A stretch of 64,000 bases of DNA, taken from the NCBI GenBank assembly GCA_963727615.1, contig CAVSHD010000008.1, forward strand, positions 22,250-86,249. The letters are read 5' to 3'. The stretch is from an uncultured Solirubrobacterales bacterium. Lineage in GTDB: Bacteria; Actinomycetota; Thermoleophilia; Solirubrobacterales; 70-9. Under the pieces are notes generated by a model. It was given only the letters and a program-made list of their open reading frames with translations, was not told where the DNA came from and made no database searches. Numbering within the stretch: position 1 is the stretch's first letter; every line of letters starts with the position of its first letter. Made by a program: the position numbers and the translations under genes. Shown in pieces: positions 40,419 through 52,427 of this stretch.

Positions 40419-41009
40419 TCACCTCAGCTCGACGTGCGCCAGCGGGGTGTACTTCGCACCCTGTGGCTTGAGTTCGGAACGGTAAAGCGCCACTCGGACG
40501 GCACGAACGCGCGTTCGCCCGACTGTCTCCGGCAGCGCCGCGGGAGGCTCGGCGACTCGCATCGGACGCTTCGAGCCCCTGCCCTCGGGCCGCACGCGGG
40601 CGACCGTCAGGTGGGGCCAGAAGGGCCTCCCCTCCGGCTCGTGGAGCCGCCCCGCGACCAAGCTCTCCACCAAAATCGCCTGCAACGAGACGGCCTCCGG
40701 CGACTCGACCGGGAGCGCGAACAGTCGTGCCCGCCCCCGCGCCGGCCTCTGCACCGGGTCGCCAAGCGCGATCCGCGGGGCAGGCCCCTCGAGCGCCTCG
40801 ACCAGCTCCGCGATGCGGTCGACCTCACGCGCCGGCCGGTATCCGAGGAAGGCGAGCGTGAGGTGGAGGAAGTCGGCGGGAACCGGCCTCAGGGCGGGGT
40901 CGGCGAGCGCCTCCCTCCCCCAGGTCGCGATCGCCCCACGCAGGGCCTCCGGCAGGTCGAGGGCGACGAAGAGGCGGACCCGCGGGCTCTTGAGGCGCTC
41001 CTTGCTCAC
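40419..41009 (-). CDS. thpR: RNA 2',3'-cyclic phosphodiesterase (2H phosphoesterase, ThpR/LigT)
   Basis: Two HxT/S motifs (HLTLAFLG and HLTVARV). 196 aa. Confidence 0.8.
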   Translation of the reverse strand: MSKERLKSPRVRLFVALDLPEALRGAIATWGREALADPALRPVPADFLHLTLAFLGYRPAREVDRIAELVEALEGPAPRIALGDPVQRPARGRARLFALPVESPEAVSLQAILVESLVAGRLHEPEGRPFWPHLTVARVRPEGRGSKRPMRVAEPPAALPETVGRTRVRAVRVALYRSELKPQGAKYTPLAHVELR

Positions 41010-41076
41010 ACCGTCAAGCTACGGCCCCCCGGCGCACGGGACAACGGCGCTTTGCAAAAAATCGCCGTCCGGTTGC

Positions 41077-42354
41077 CTACAGGGGATTGACGCCGTCGCC
41101 GAGCAGCATCCGCAGCAGATGCAGCCCGACCAGCGCCGAGCGTTCGCGGATGTCGGCGCGCCCACCCGGGATCACGGGATCGCGAGCGATCGCGGTGCCG
41201 TCGGCGAGGCGGGCGTTGAAGCAGACGTAGCCGACCGGCTTCTCCTCGCTGCCCCCGTCCGGCCCGGCGATCCCGGTCACCGAGACCGCCACGTCCGCCT
41301 CGAACCGCTCGAGGGCGCCGATCGCCATCGCCTCGGCAACCTCCGGCGAGACCGCGCCATGCCGCTCGATCAGGGCCGGGGCGACCCCGAGCAGGCCCGC
41401 CTTGGCCTCGTTCGAATAGGCGACCACGCCGCCGGCGACGTAGGCCGATGCGCCGGGCACGTCGGTGAGCCGGGCGGCGAGCAGGCCGCCGCTGCACGAC
41501 TCGGCGAGGGCGAGGCGCCGGTCGACGAGCAGCTTCGCGACCTGGGAGTCGATCGTCTCGCCGTCGAGGCTGAACAGCTGTTCTTCGTGGCGCTCGGCGA
41601 GGCCGGCCCGGACCGCATCGGCGGTCCCCGCGGCGGCGTCCCTGTAACGCACGTCGATCTCGATCTCGCCCCGCCTCAGGCAGGTCGTGATCTCGACCTC
41701 GCCCAGCGCCACGCCCTCCTCCTCGAGCTCCCGCAGGCTCTTCGCGATCTCCGACTCGGGGATCCCGAACATGCGCAGCGTGTACCCATGCAGGGGCGTC
41801 GCCCGCTCGAGCAGCTCGCCGACCGGCCCCGTCTCCAACGCCCTCGGCCACATCGGCTGCAACTCGCGGGGCGGGCCCGGAAGGACGACGACGACCAGCT
41901 CGCCCGCCGGGACGACCAGGCCCGGAGCGGTCCCCACCGGGTCCAGGGTGGTGGCCCCCTCGGGCACCATCGCCTGCTTGCGGTTCGCCTCGAGCACCGC
42001 CTCCTCGTCGAATTTGAAGCGTTTCGCGAAGCCGCGCAGGATCTCGGCGATCTTCGCCTCGACCTCCTCGTCGAGGGCCAGCTCGCGGCCCGCGAAGCGG
42101 CCGACCACCTCCGCGGTCAAATCGTCGGCGGTCGGGCCCAGCCCGCCCGAGGTGACGATCAGGTCCATCCCCTCCTCGGCCAGGAAGCGCAACCCGGCCT
42201 CGAGGTCGTCGGGACGGTCGGCCACGATCAGGATATGGGCGACCTCGATGCCGAGCTCGGCCAGGCGTTCCGAGACCCAGGGGCCGTTCCGGTCGGCGAT
42301 GCGCCCGGTCAGGACCTCCGTCCCGGTGACCAGGATGCCGGCTCTCACAGGCAT
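41077..42354 (-). CDS. cinA: CinA family protein (MoCF-binding domain plus nicotinamide-nucleotide amidase PncC domain)
   Basis: Intact 425 aa. [32 protein letters not shown] and [13 protein letters not shown] motifs. Confidence 0.9.
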   Translation of the reverse strand: MPVRAGILVTGTEVLTGRIADRNGPWVSERLAELGIEVAHILIVADRPDDLEAGLRFLAEEGMDLIVTSGGLGPTADDLTAEVVGRFAGRELALDEEVEAKIAEILRGFAKRFKFDEEAVLEANRKQAMVPEGATTLDPVGTAPGLVVPAGELVVVVLPGPPRELQPMWPRALETGPVGELLERATPLHGYTLRMFGIPESEIAKSLRELEEEGVALGEVEITTCLRRGEIEIDVRYRDAAAGTADAVRAGLAERHEEQLFSLDGETIDSQVAKLLVDRRLALAESCSGGLLAARLTDVPGASAYVAGGVVAYSNEAKAGLLGVAPALIERHGAVSPEVAEAMAIGALERFEADVAVSVTGIAGPDGGSEEKPVGYVCFNARLADGTAIARDPVIPGGRADIRERSALVGLHLLRMLLGDGVNPL

Positions 42355-43085
42355 GTCGGCCTCCGGCCTTCAGGCAGGGGAGTGAGCTCTCCGGAGGAGT
42401 CGATCGCGTAGCCGAGCGGGCTGCCGGTGTCGGGAATTCCGCCTATCCGCTTGCCGTCGATCCGCATCGTGATGCCCCCGTTGCCGAAGGCGACCGTGAA
42501 GCTACCGGAGCGGAATCGGCCGATATCCGCGCCGGCCGGGAATTCCCTGCCGGCGACCAGCGGGCGGCCGCCGCCGTCGACCACGCAGACCCAGACCAGG
42601 GCGGTGGACCGGAGCTCGAGGTCGACGACGCCCGGCGCCGGGGCACGGCCCTTGCGATGCTGCTTCGCGGCCACGTCCGGTGCCGGCTTCGCCGGCGCCG
42701 TCGCCCCGATTTCGCCGGCGGAGGGGGCGCCGCCCCCTCCGCCGCCCCAGGCGATGCCGATCGCGACCGCGACGGCGAGAACCCCGAGGCAGACGGCGAG
42801 GGTCAGCGCCAGGCGCGGGCTCCCCCTCCTCGCCGGCGCGCCGACGACCGAGGGGGACGGGTCGACCGGGTAGCGCTCCGCAAGACGGGGGCCGTCGAGC
42901 CCCAGGTGGGCCGCGTAGGCGCGGATGAAGCCCCTCGCGTAGGCGTCGCCGGGGAGCACGTCCCATTCTTCGCCCTCGATCGCGACCAGGAAGCGACGGC
43001 GGATCTTGGTCGCGGCCTCGACCTCGGCGAGGTCGATCTCACGCTTGGTCCGTGCCTTCCTCAGGGTGGCGCCTACGCCGTCCAC
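42345..43085 (-). CDS. RodZ-like helix-turn-helix membrane protein (HTH plus DUF4115-like C-terminus)
   Basis: [33 protein letters not shown]...ARGFIRAYA, one TM segment and a C-terminal beta domain. Confidence 0.7.
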   Translation of the reverse strand: MDGVGATLRKARTKREIDLAEVEAATKIRRRFLVAIEGEEWDVLPGDAYARGFIRAYAAHLGLDGPRLAERYPVDPSPSVVGAPARRGSPRLALTLAVCLGVLAVAVAIGIAWGGGGGGAPSAGEIGATAPAKPAPDVAAKQHRKGRAPAPGVVDLELRSTALVWVCVVDGGGRPLVAGREFPAGADIGRFRSGSFTVAFGNGGITMRIDGKRIGGIPDTGSPLGYAIDSSGELTPLPEGRRPTCL

Positions 43086-43113
43086 CCCGGCATTGTCGCC
43101 ATTCCGGGTTGGC

Positions 43114-45357
<2,244 letters not shown>

Positions 45358-45519
45358 TGGCCACCGCTTCGACGCCGACGGCGCGACCCCTGCGCCCAAC
45401 CGCGCGAGCCCAGTTGTCCCCGGTTTGCGGGAACAACTGCGCTCTCGCGGGTCGATCTGGGAGTAAATTAGCCCTAAAGCAGGGCCTTCGGCAAATCGCC
45501 GCGGCTAACATCGCTTTGC

Positions 45520-46219
45520 ATGCAACACGTCGCCGACATTGACGCACCCGGAGGCAGGGTCCTCCTGGTCGAGGACGACGCCGAGATCGCCGACGTCCTG
45601 CGCCGCTCGCTGCGCAACGAGGGCTATGAGGTGAAGAACCTCGGCCGACGGCGTCGACGCGCTCGACGCGGCGGCCGGGTTCGTCCCCGACCTCGTCGTC
45701 CTCGACCTCGGCCTCCCCCGGCTCGACGGGGTCGAGGTCTGCCGCCGACTGCGCGCCGACAGCGACGTCCCGATCCTGATGCTGACCGCCCGCACCGAGA
45801 CCGAGGACCGGGTCGACGGCCTCGACAGCGGCGCCGACGACTACCTCGTCAAGCCCTTCGAGCGGCGCGAGCTGCTCGCCCGGATCCGCGCCCTGCTGCG
45901 CCGGCGCCCACCGCGCGGCTCCGCCTCGCTGGAGGTCGGTGACCTCGCCCTCAACCCCGACACCCGCGAGGTTCGCCGCGGCGAGCGCGAGATCGAGCTC
46001 ACCAATCGCGAGTTCGAGCTGCTCGAGTTCCTGATGCGCAACGACCGCCTCGTCGTCTCCCGCGAGCGACTGCTCGACGAGGTCTGGGGATATGACCCGA
46101 CCGCGGCCACCAACACGATCGACGTCTTCGTCTCCAACCTGCGCCGCAAGCTCGAGGCCGGCGGCGAGCCGCGGCTCCTGCACACCAAACGCGGCGCCGG
46201 CTACGTGATCCGGGACTAG
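45520..46219 (+). CDS. OmpR-family response regulator, frameshifted in this assembly
   Basis: VLLVEDDAEI in ORF 45520... The remainder (DLVVLDLGLP...ADDYLVKPF...winged helix...RGAGYVIRD*) ends at 46219. The switch is near 45640. Confidence 0.88.
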
Positions 46220-46221
46220 CC

Positions 46222-47678
46222 TTGGCCCGGCGCCCGAACCGGCCCCCGCACAGAGGCAGGCGCCTGAGGCCGCGCAACTGGCCTGTGCGCTGGCGGCTCG
46301 CTGCGACCTCGGCCGGCCTCACGCTGATCATCCTGCTCGTCTTCGGCGCCGTGATCGGCAAGGTCGCCACGCAGCCGGATCCGCGACGACTTCAACAGCG
46401 AGGTCCGTGGCGCCGCCCAGACGCTCGCCGCCGAAACCCGCATCGTCTACACGCCGATCGGCAGCCGTCGTGCAGAGCCCCAACCTCAACGACTTCGTCC
46501 GCCCCGACGACGCGACCGCCCGCATCTACGACCTCAGCGGCAACCTGATCAAGCACAGCGCCGACTCTGCCGACCTCGGCAGCGTCGACCCCGGGATCAC
46601 GACCCACGGGCAGAACCGGGTCGCGACCGCCGAAGTGCGCAACGAAAGCGGCGCCGCGACCGGGCTTCGTCCAGTACGGGCGCAGCGCTCGAGCACGTCG
46701 ACTCGACCGTCGATCGGCTCTGGCTCTTCATCGCCGCCGGCATCTTCGGCGGCACCCTGCTCGCCAGCCTCGCCGGGCTTGCGATCGCCGGCCGGGCGAT
46801 GCGCCCGGTCTCCTCGCTGACCGCCAGCGCGCGCGAGATCGCCGATACCGGCGACCCCTCCCGCCACATGCCCGAGCCGAAGGCGGACGACGAGGTCGGC
46901 GAGCTGGCGCGAACGCTCGAGCAGATGCTGCGCTCGCTCGACGCCGCCAGGGCCGAGCGCGAGGCGGCGATGAAGAAGCAGCGCGAGTTCGTCGCCGACG
47001 CCTCGCACGAGCTGCGCACCCCGCTGACCAGCATCCTCGCCAACCTCGAGCTGCTCCAGGCCTCCCTGCAGGAGCCCGGCCGCGACGACGAGCAGGCGAT
47101 GATCGACTCCGCCCTGCGCTCCTCGCACCGGATGAGCCGCCTGGTCGCCGACCTGCTGCTGCTCGCGCGCGCCGATGCGGGCCGCACCGGCGCCCATCGG
47201 CGCTGCGACCTCGCCGAGGTCGCCGGCAACGCGGCGGTCGAGGCGGCGCCGCTGATGGGCGATCGCGAGCTGCGCCTCGACAACGACCGTGCGCTCTGGC
47301 TCCAGGGCAACCCCGACGAGCTGCACCGGATGATCCTCAACCTGCTCGACAACGCCTGCCGCCACACGCCCCCGGGCTCGAGCGTCGAGCTGCGGCTCAG
47401 CGCCCGACGGCGAGGATGCCGTGGTCGAGGTCGCCGACGACGGTCCCGGGATACCTCCCGAGATGCGGGCCCAGATCTTCGACCGCTTCGTCCGCGGCGA
47501 CGGCCCGGCCGATACCGCATCGGGCTCCGGAAGCGGGCTCGGCCTGGCGATCGTCAGCGCGGTCGCCACCTCTCACGGGGGCAACGTCGAGGTCGAGGAA
47601 GCGCCCGGCGGCGGCGCGCTATTTCGCGTCCGAATCCCGCTCACCGGCGCCGGCCGCGGCGGCCGGCTGCGGTTTTAG
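46222..47678 (+). CDS. Sensor histidine kinase (HAMP, HisKA, HATPase_c), multiply frameshifted in this assembly
   Basis: FVADASHELRTPLTSI H-box, NLLDNACRHT N-box and DDGPGIP / GSGLGLAIV G-boxes. Frame switches lie near 46375, 46463, 46663, 46687 and 47410. Confidence 0.85.
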
Positions 47679-47724
47679 ATCTCCTTTAGCGACCGCACAT
47701 ACGTTTTCAAACGGACGAGACACA

Positions 47725-47771
47725 GGGTCCGCCGGGTTCTCCCCAACAGCCCCCGGCGGGCCCTTTTTTTC
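47725..47771. terminator. Candidate intrinsic terminator between the convergent histidine kinase and rnj genes
   Basis: GGGTCCGCCGGG ... CCCGGCGGGCCC stem with one mismatch, followed by T7 (47764-47770) on the + strand. Confidence 0.6.
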
Positions 47772-47780
47772 CTCCCGGCC

Positions 47781-49440
47781 TCAGACCTCGACGACGACCG
47801 GCAGCACCATCGGCCGGCGGCGCAGCTTGTCGTAGACGAAGCGGGCGACCGCGTCGTGCATGTCTTCCTGGATCAGGTTGAGCTCGCGGGTCCCGGCCTT
47901 GGCCGAGTCCTCGAGCGAGTCCTCGACGACGTCCTGGATGTCTTCGACCAGCCCCCCGGCTTCCTCGAGGAAGGCGACGCCGCGGAAGATCACCTCGGGG
48001 TCGGCGACGACGCTGCCGTCGTCGGTCGAGATCGTCGCGACGACGATGAAGATGCCGTCGGCGGAGATCGCCCGCCGGTCGCGCAGGGCGACGTCTTCGG
48101 GGTCGCCGATGTTGACGCCGTCGACGAACATCACCCCGGCGTCGATGTCCTCGCCGAAACGAGCGCCCTTCTCGTCGATCTCCAGCGCCAGGCCGTTGCG
48201 GCCCTGGAAGATGTTCTCCTTCGTCGACGCCCAGCGATTCGGCGAGCTCCGCGTGCAGGCGCAGGCGCTTGAAGTCGCCGTGGACCGGCATCACGTACCT
48301 CGGCTTGGTCAGGTTGATCATCAGCTTCAGCTCCTCCTGCCAGCCGTGGCCCGAGGCGTGGATCGGCGCGTCCTTCGCGGTCACGACGGAGGCGCCGATC
48401 TCATAGATGCGGTCGATCGTCTCGTTGACGGCGCGCTCGTTGCCGGGCACCGGGGTCGCCGAGAAGACGACGGTGTCGCCGGAGTGGAGCTGCGACGTCG
48501 CGGTGGTCGTTGTTCGCCATCCGCCGCAGCGCCGAGAGCGGCTCGCCCTGGCTGCCGGTCGAGATCACGACCACCTTCTCGTCGGGGAAGTTCTCGATCT
48601 CCTTCGGCTGGATGAAGCAGGCCCTGGGGCGCGTCGGCGATCCCCAGGTTGGAGGCGATGTTGAAGTTCTTGCGCATCGAGCGGCCGACGAGCGCCACCC
48701 GCCGGTCGAGCTTCGACCGCGGCGTCGATCACCTGCTGCACGCGGTGGATGTTGGAGGCGAAGGAGGTGACGATGATGCGCCCCTTGCAGTCGCGAGAAG
48801 GTCTCGAGCAGCGCCGGGCCGACGCTCGACTCCGAGGGCGCGGTGCCGGGCCGGTCGGCGTTGGTCGAGTCGCCGCAGAGCAGCATCAGGCCTTCGCTGC
48901 CGAGCTCGGCCAGCCTCGACATGTCCGCCGGCCGGCCGTCGACCGGGGTCTGGTCGAACTTGTAGTCGCCGGTCATCAGCACCGAGCCGAGCTCGGTGCT
49001 GAGCAGCACCGCGCGCATGTCCGGGATCGAGTGCGAGAGGTGGATCAGCTCCAGCTCGAACGGGCCGGCCTTGACCTTCTCTCCCGCGGGCAGCTCCTGC
49101 AGCGGGGCGTCGGAGAGCTTGTGCTCGTCGAGCTTCGAGCGGACCATGCCGATCGTCAGCAGGCCGCCGTAGATCACCGGCGGGTTGCCGATCTCGCGCA
49201 GCACGTAGGGCAGGGCGCCGACGTGGTCCTCGTGGCCGTGGGTGAGGACGATCGCCTCGATGTCGTCGGCGCGCTCCCTCAGGTAGGAGAAGTCGGGCAG
49301 GACGAGGTCGATGCCGAGCATCTCGGGGGTCGGGAACATCAGCCCGGTGTCGACGACGACGATCCGGCCGCCGTATTCGACGACGGTCATGTTCTTGCCG
49401 ATCTCCCCCAGCCCGCCGAGGGGGATGCACGCGAAGCTTC
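47781..49440 (-). CDS. rnj: Ribonuclease J, multiply frameshifted in this assembly; N-terminus unresolved
   Basis: IPLGGLGEIGKNMTVVEY, THGHEDHVGALPY and GDYKFDQTP motifs, with a C-terminus ending ...RRRPMVLPVVVEV*. The pieces lie in track ORFs 48401.., 48381.., 47707.. and 47781... There are at least five frame switches between about 48150 and 48780. Confidence 0.88.
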
Positions 49441-49456
49441 TTTCCCGGCCACTGTC

Positions 49457-50361
49457 CTAGCCCGCCGTGACCGCTACTCCGACGCTCTCCAGCGCCGCGC
49501 GAACGACCGCGCGCTGCGGCGTCGTCGACTTGCACCATCGGCAGCCGCATGGCGCCGGACGGAATCACGCCGAGTCATCTCCATCGCCGCCTTGATCGGC
49601 ATCGGGTTGGTGGTCACGGCCAGCGCCTCGTACAGCGGTCGCAGGCCGGCGTCGATCTCGCGCGCCCGCTCGAGGTCGCCCGCCTGCGACCGCGTCCCAG
49701 ATCTCGCGCATCTGCGGGCCGACCACGTGCGAGGCGACGAGTGATGCCGCCGGCGAGCCCGAGCTCGAGCGTGCGGAAGAAGATGTCGTCGTTGCCGGCC
49801 AGCACCGCCATCCCGTCGATCGGGCCGAGGTCGTCGTTGTTGGCCTGCTTGACGCGCGACCACGTTGTCGATCTTCGCCAGCTCGGCCAGTTCGGAGGGC
49901 GAGACGTTGACGATCACCCGCGAGGGGATGTTGTAGACGATCAACGGAAGGTCGGGGACCGCGGCCGCGACCGCCTCGAAGTGGGCTCTGATGCCGGCCG
50001 GGTTGGGCTTGTTGTAGTAGGGGGTGACGACGAGCGCGGCTTCCGCGCCCGCAGCCGCAGCCGCCTTCGTCAGCTCGATCGAGTGGCGGGTGTCGTTGGT
50101 GCCCGTGCCGCAGACGATCGGCGCCTCGCCGCCGACCTCGTCGACGACGGCGCGCAGAGCGCCGATGTGCTCGGCGTCATCGAGGGTCGTCGACTCGCCC
50201 GTCGTCGCCGGCGACGACCAGCCCGTGCGAGCCGTTCTCGAGCAGGAAGGCGAGCCAGCGCCCGCGCGGCGGCCTCGTCGACGGCCCCCTCGGGCGTCAA
50301 ACGGGGTCGCCATCGCGGTCAATATGCCTCGCAGCTCGGTCATCGGCATCAGCGTACCCAT
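49457..50361 (-). CDS. dapA: 4-hydroxy-tetrahydrodipicolinate synthase, multiply frameshifted in this assembly
   Basis: GILTAMATPF, GTTGESTTL, VVTPYYNKP, YNIPSRV and NPMPIKAAME motifs are spread over several frames. There are at least four switches (about 49530, 49740, 49850 and 50220-50290). The true stop is TAG at 49457-49459. Confidence 0.85.
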
Positions 50362-51027
50362 TCAGAGCAGCTTCTCGAGGCCGACGGTGAAGCGGTCGGG
50401 CAGGCCGGCCACCCTGCGCACCGCGAGCAGCACCCCCGGCATGAACGAGCGCCGGTCGATCGAGTCGTGGCGGACGCTCAGCGTCTGCCCCTCGCCGCCG
50501 AAGACGACCTCCTGGTGGGCGACGAGGCCCGGCAGCCGGACCGAGTGGATCGGCTCGTGGACGTTCCCCCCGGCTCCGCGGATCAGCTCCGCGGTGCGCT
50601 TTGCCGTCCCCGAAGGCGCGTCGAGCTTGCGGTCGTGGTGGAGCTCGACGATCTCGCACTCGGGCATGTGCCTGGCGATCGTCTGCGAGACCTCCATCAG
50701 GAGCACCGCGCCGATCGCGAAGTTGGGTGCGAGGAAGCAGTTCGCCGAGGCGTCCTCGGCGGCCTCACGGGCCGCCTCGAGGTCGAAGCCGGTGGTGCCG
50801 ACGACGACGTGGACCCCGGCCGCGAGACAGGCTCGGACGTTCTCCAGCGCCGTCTCCGGGACCGTGAAGTCGACGACGACGTCGGCGTCGCCGAGGACCT
50901 CGGCCAACCCGACTCCGAGCGACGGGTCGGCCCGCCCCGTCAGCTCCATGTCCTCGGCTCCCTCGACCGCCTCGCAGACGGTCTGCCCCATCCGCCCCGC
51001 GGCCCCGGATACGACAACCCTGATCAC
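50362..51027 (-). CDS. dapB: 4-hydroxy-tetrahydrodipicolinate reductase
   Basis: Intact 221 aa. VVSGAAGRMG, ELHHDRKLDAPSGTA. Confidence 0.92.
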   Translation of the reverse strand: MIRVVVSGAAGRMGQTVCEAVEGAEDMELTGRADPSLGVGLAEVLGDADVVVDFTVPETALENVRACLAAGVHVVVGTTGFDLEAAREAAEDASANCFLAPNFAIGAVLLMEVSQTIARHMPECEIVELHHDRKLDAPSGTAKRTAELIRGAGGNVHEPIHSVRLPGLVAHQEVVFGGEGQTLSVRHDSIDRRSFMPGVLLAVRRVAGLPDRFTVGLEKLL

Positions 51028-52361
51028 AGACCCGCCATCCCCGGACGCGGAGGCGAATGCCCATCCATATCCGGCTGTTTAGGCATTCGCGAGAGCAGAG
51101 GAGATGGCGGATTTCTCAGCGCGTCGCGGAAGCCGGCCTCGTCACGGCCGATGCATGCCGCCGAGAGGCTCTCCGCCCCGTAAAGCTCCCCGGCGAGCGC
51201 GGTCAGCTCGTCGACCTCGACGGCGTCGACCTTGGCGATCATCTCGTCGAGGCTGTCGATCGGCAGGCCGAAGAGCGTCGAGCGCGAGATCCTCGACATC
51301 CGCGCCGCGGTCGACTCGGAGGAGAGGACGAGGCGCCCCTTGACGCTCTCCTTGGCCCGCGCCAGCTCCGCGCCGGTGACCGGCTCGGTGCGCAGCCGCT
51401 CGAGCTCGGACCCGATGATCGCGCAAGCCTCCTCGACGTTGTCCTCGCGGGTCCCGACGTAGGTCGCGACCAGGCCGGAGTCCGTGTACTGCTCGTTGTA
51501 GGAGCCGACGGCGTAGGCCAGCCCGCGCTTCTCGCGAACCTCGCGAAAGAGCCGCGAGGAGGTCGAGCCGCCGAAGATCGAGTCGAGCACTGCGAGCCCG
51601 TAGCGGCGCTCGTCCTCACGCGAGATGCCCGGCGCCCCGAAGCAGATGTGGTACTGCTCGGTGTCCTTCTCGTAGAAGCGCAATCGCGCCTCCTCGGCGG
51701 GGGCGGCGCCATCGCGGGGGCCTTCAGGCCCGGTGGCCGGCGAGACGAGCAGCTCGGCGAGCTCGACGATCCGCTCGTGCTCGAGATGGCCGGCGGCGCC
51801 GACCACGACATTGGCGCCGGTGTAGCGGGCGCGGTGATAGGCCTCGATGTCCGGGACCGGGATCGAGGCGATCACCTCCGCCTCGCCGAGCACTCGCCTG
51901 CCCAGCGGGTGGTCGCCGAAGACGGCGTCGGCGAGGACGTCGTGGACCCTGTCCTGCGGCTCGTCCTCGTACATCGCGATCTCCTCGAGGACGACGTCGC
52001 GCTCGGAGTCGATTTCGGGATAGGTCGGGGCGAGCAGCATTTCGGAGAGCAGCTCGAAGACCTCGTCGGTGTGCTCGTCGAGGAAGCGGGCGTGGAGGTG
52101 GGTCGTCTCCTTCCCGGTCGCCGCGTTGACGGAGGCGCCGAGCCCGTCGAAGCGCTCGGAGATCTCGATCGCCGAGTAGCGCGCCGTGCCCTTGAAGAGC
52201 AGGTGCTCGAGGAAGTGCGAGACGCCGGCCTGAGCCGGGGTCTCGTCACGGGAGCCGGTGCGGACCCAGAGCCCGAGGGCGACCGAGCGCACCGAGGGAA
52301 CCTCCTCGGTGACGACTCGGACGCCCGAACCGAGCTCTGAGCACCGTGCCCCCGCCATCAC
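51024..52361 (-). CDS. M16-family (pitrilysin/insulinase-like) zinc peptidase
   Basis: Intact 445 aa with the HFLEH inverted zinc motif. Occupies the conserved position between pnp and dapB. Confidence 0.85.
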   Translation of the reverse strand: MMAGARCSELGSGVRVVTEEVPSVRSVALGLWVRTGSRDETPAQAGVSHFLEHLLFKGTARYSAIEISERFDGLGASVNAATGKETTHLHARFLDEHTDEVFELLSEMLLAPTYPEIDSERDVVLEEIAMYEDEPQDRVHDVLADAVFGDHPLGRRVLGEAEVIASIPVPDIEAYHRARYTGANVVVGAAGHLEHERIVELAELLVSPATGPEGPRDGAAPAEEARLRFYEKDTEQYHICFGAPGISREDERRYGLAVLDSIFGGSTSSRLFREVREKRGLAYAVGSYNEQYTDSGLVATYVGTREDNVEEACAIIGSELERLRTEPVTGAELARAKESVKGRLVLSSESTAARMSRISRSTLFGLPIDSLDEMIAKVDAVEVDELTALAGELYGAESLSAACIGRDEAGFRDALRNPPSPLLSRMPKQPDMDGHSPPRPGMAGL

Positions 52362-52427
52362 GATCCGCTTCCTCGACGGGGGCGAAGAACGGAAGCGATG
52401 TTCTGCTTTGCGGCGCTCAACTTCGAG

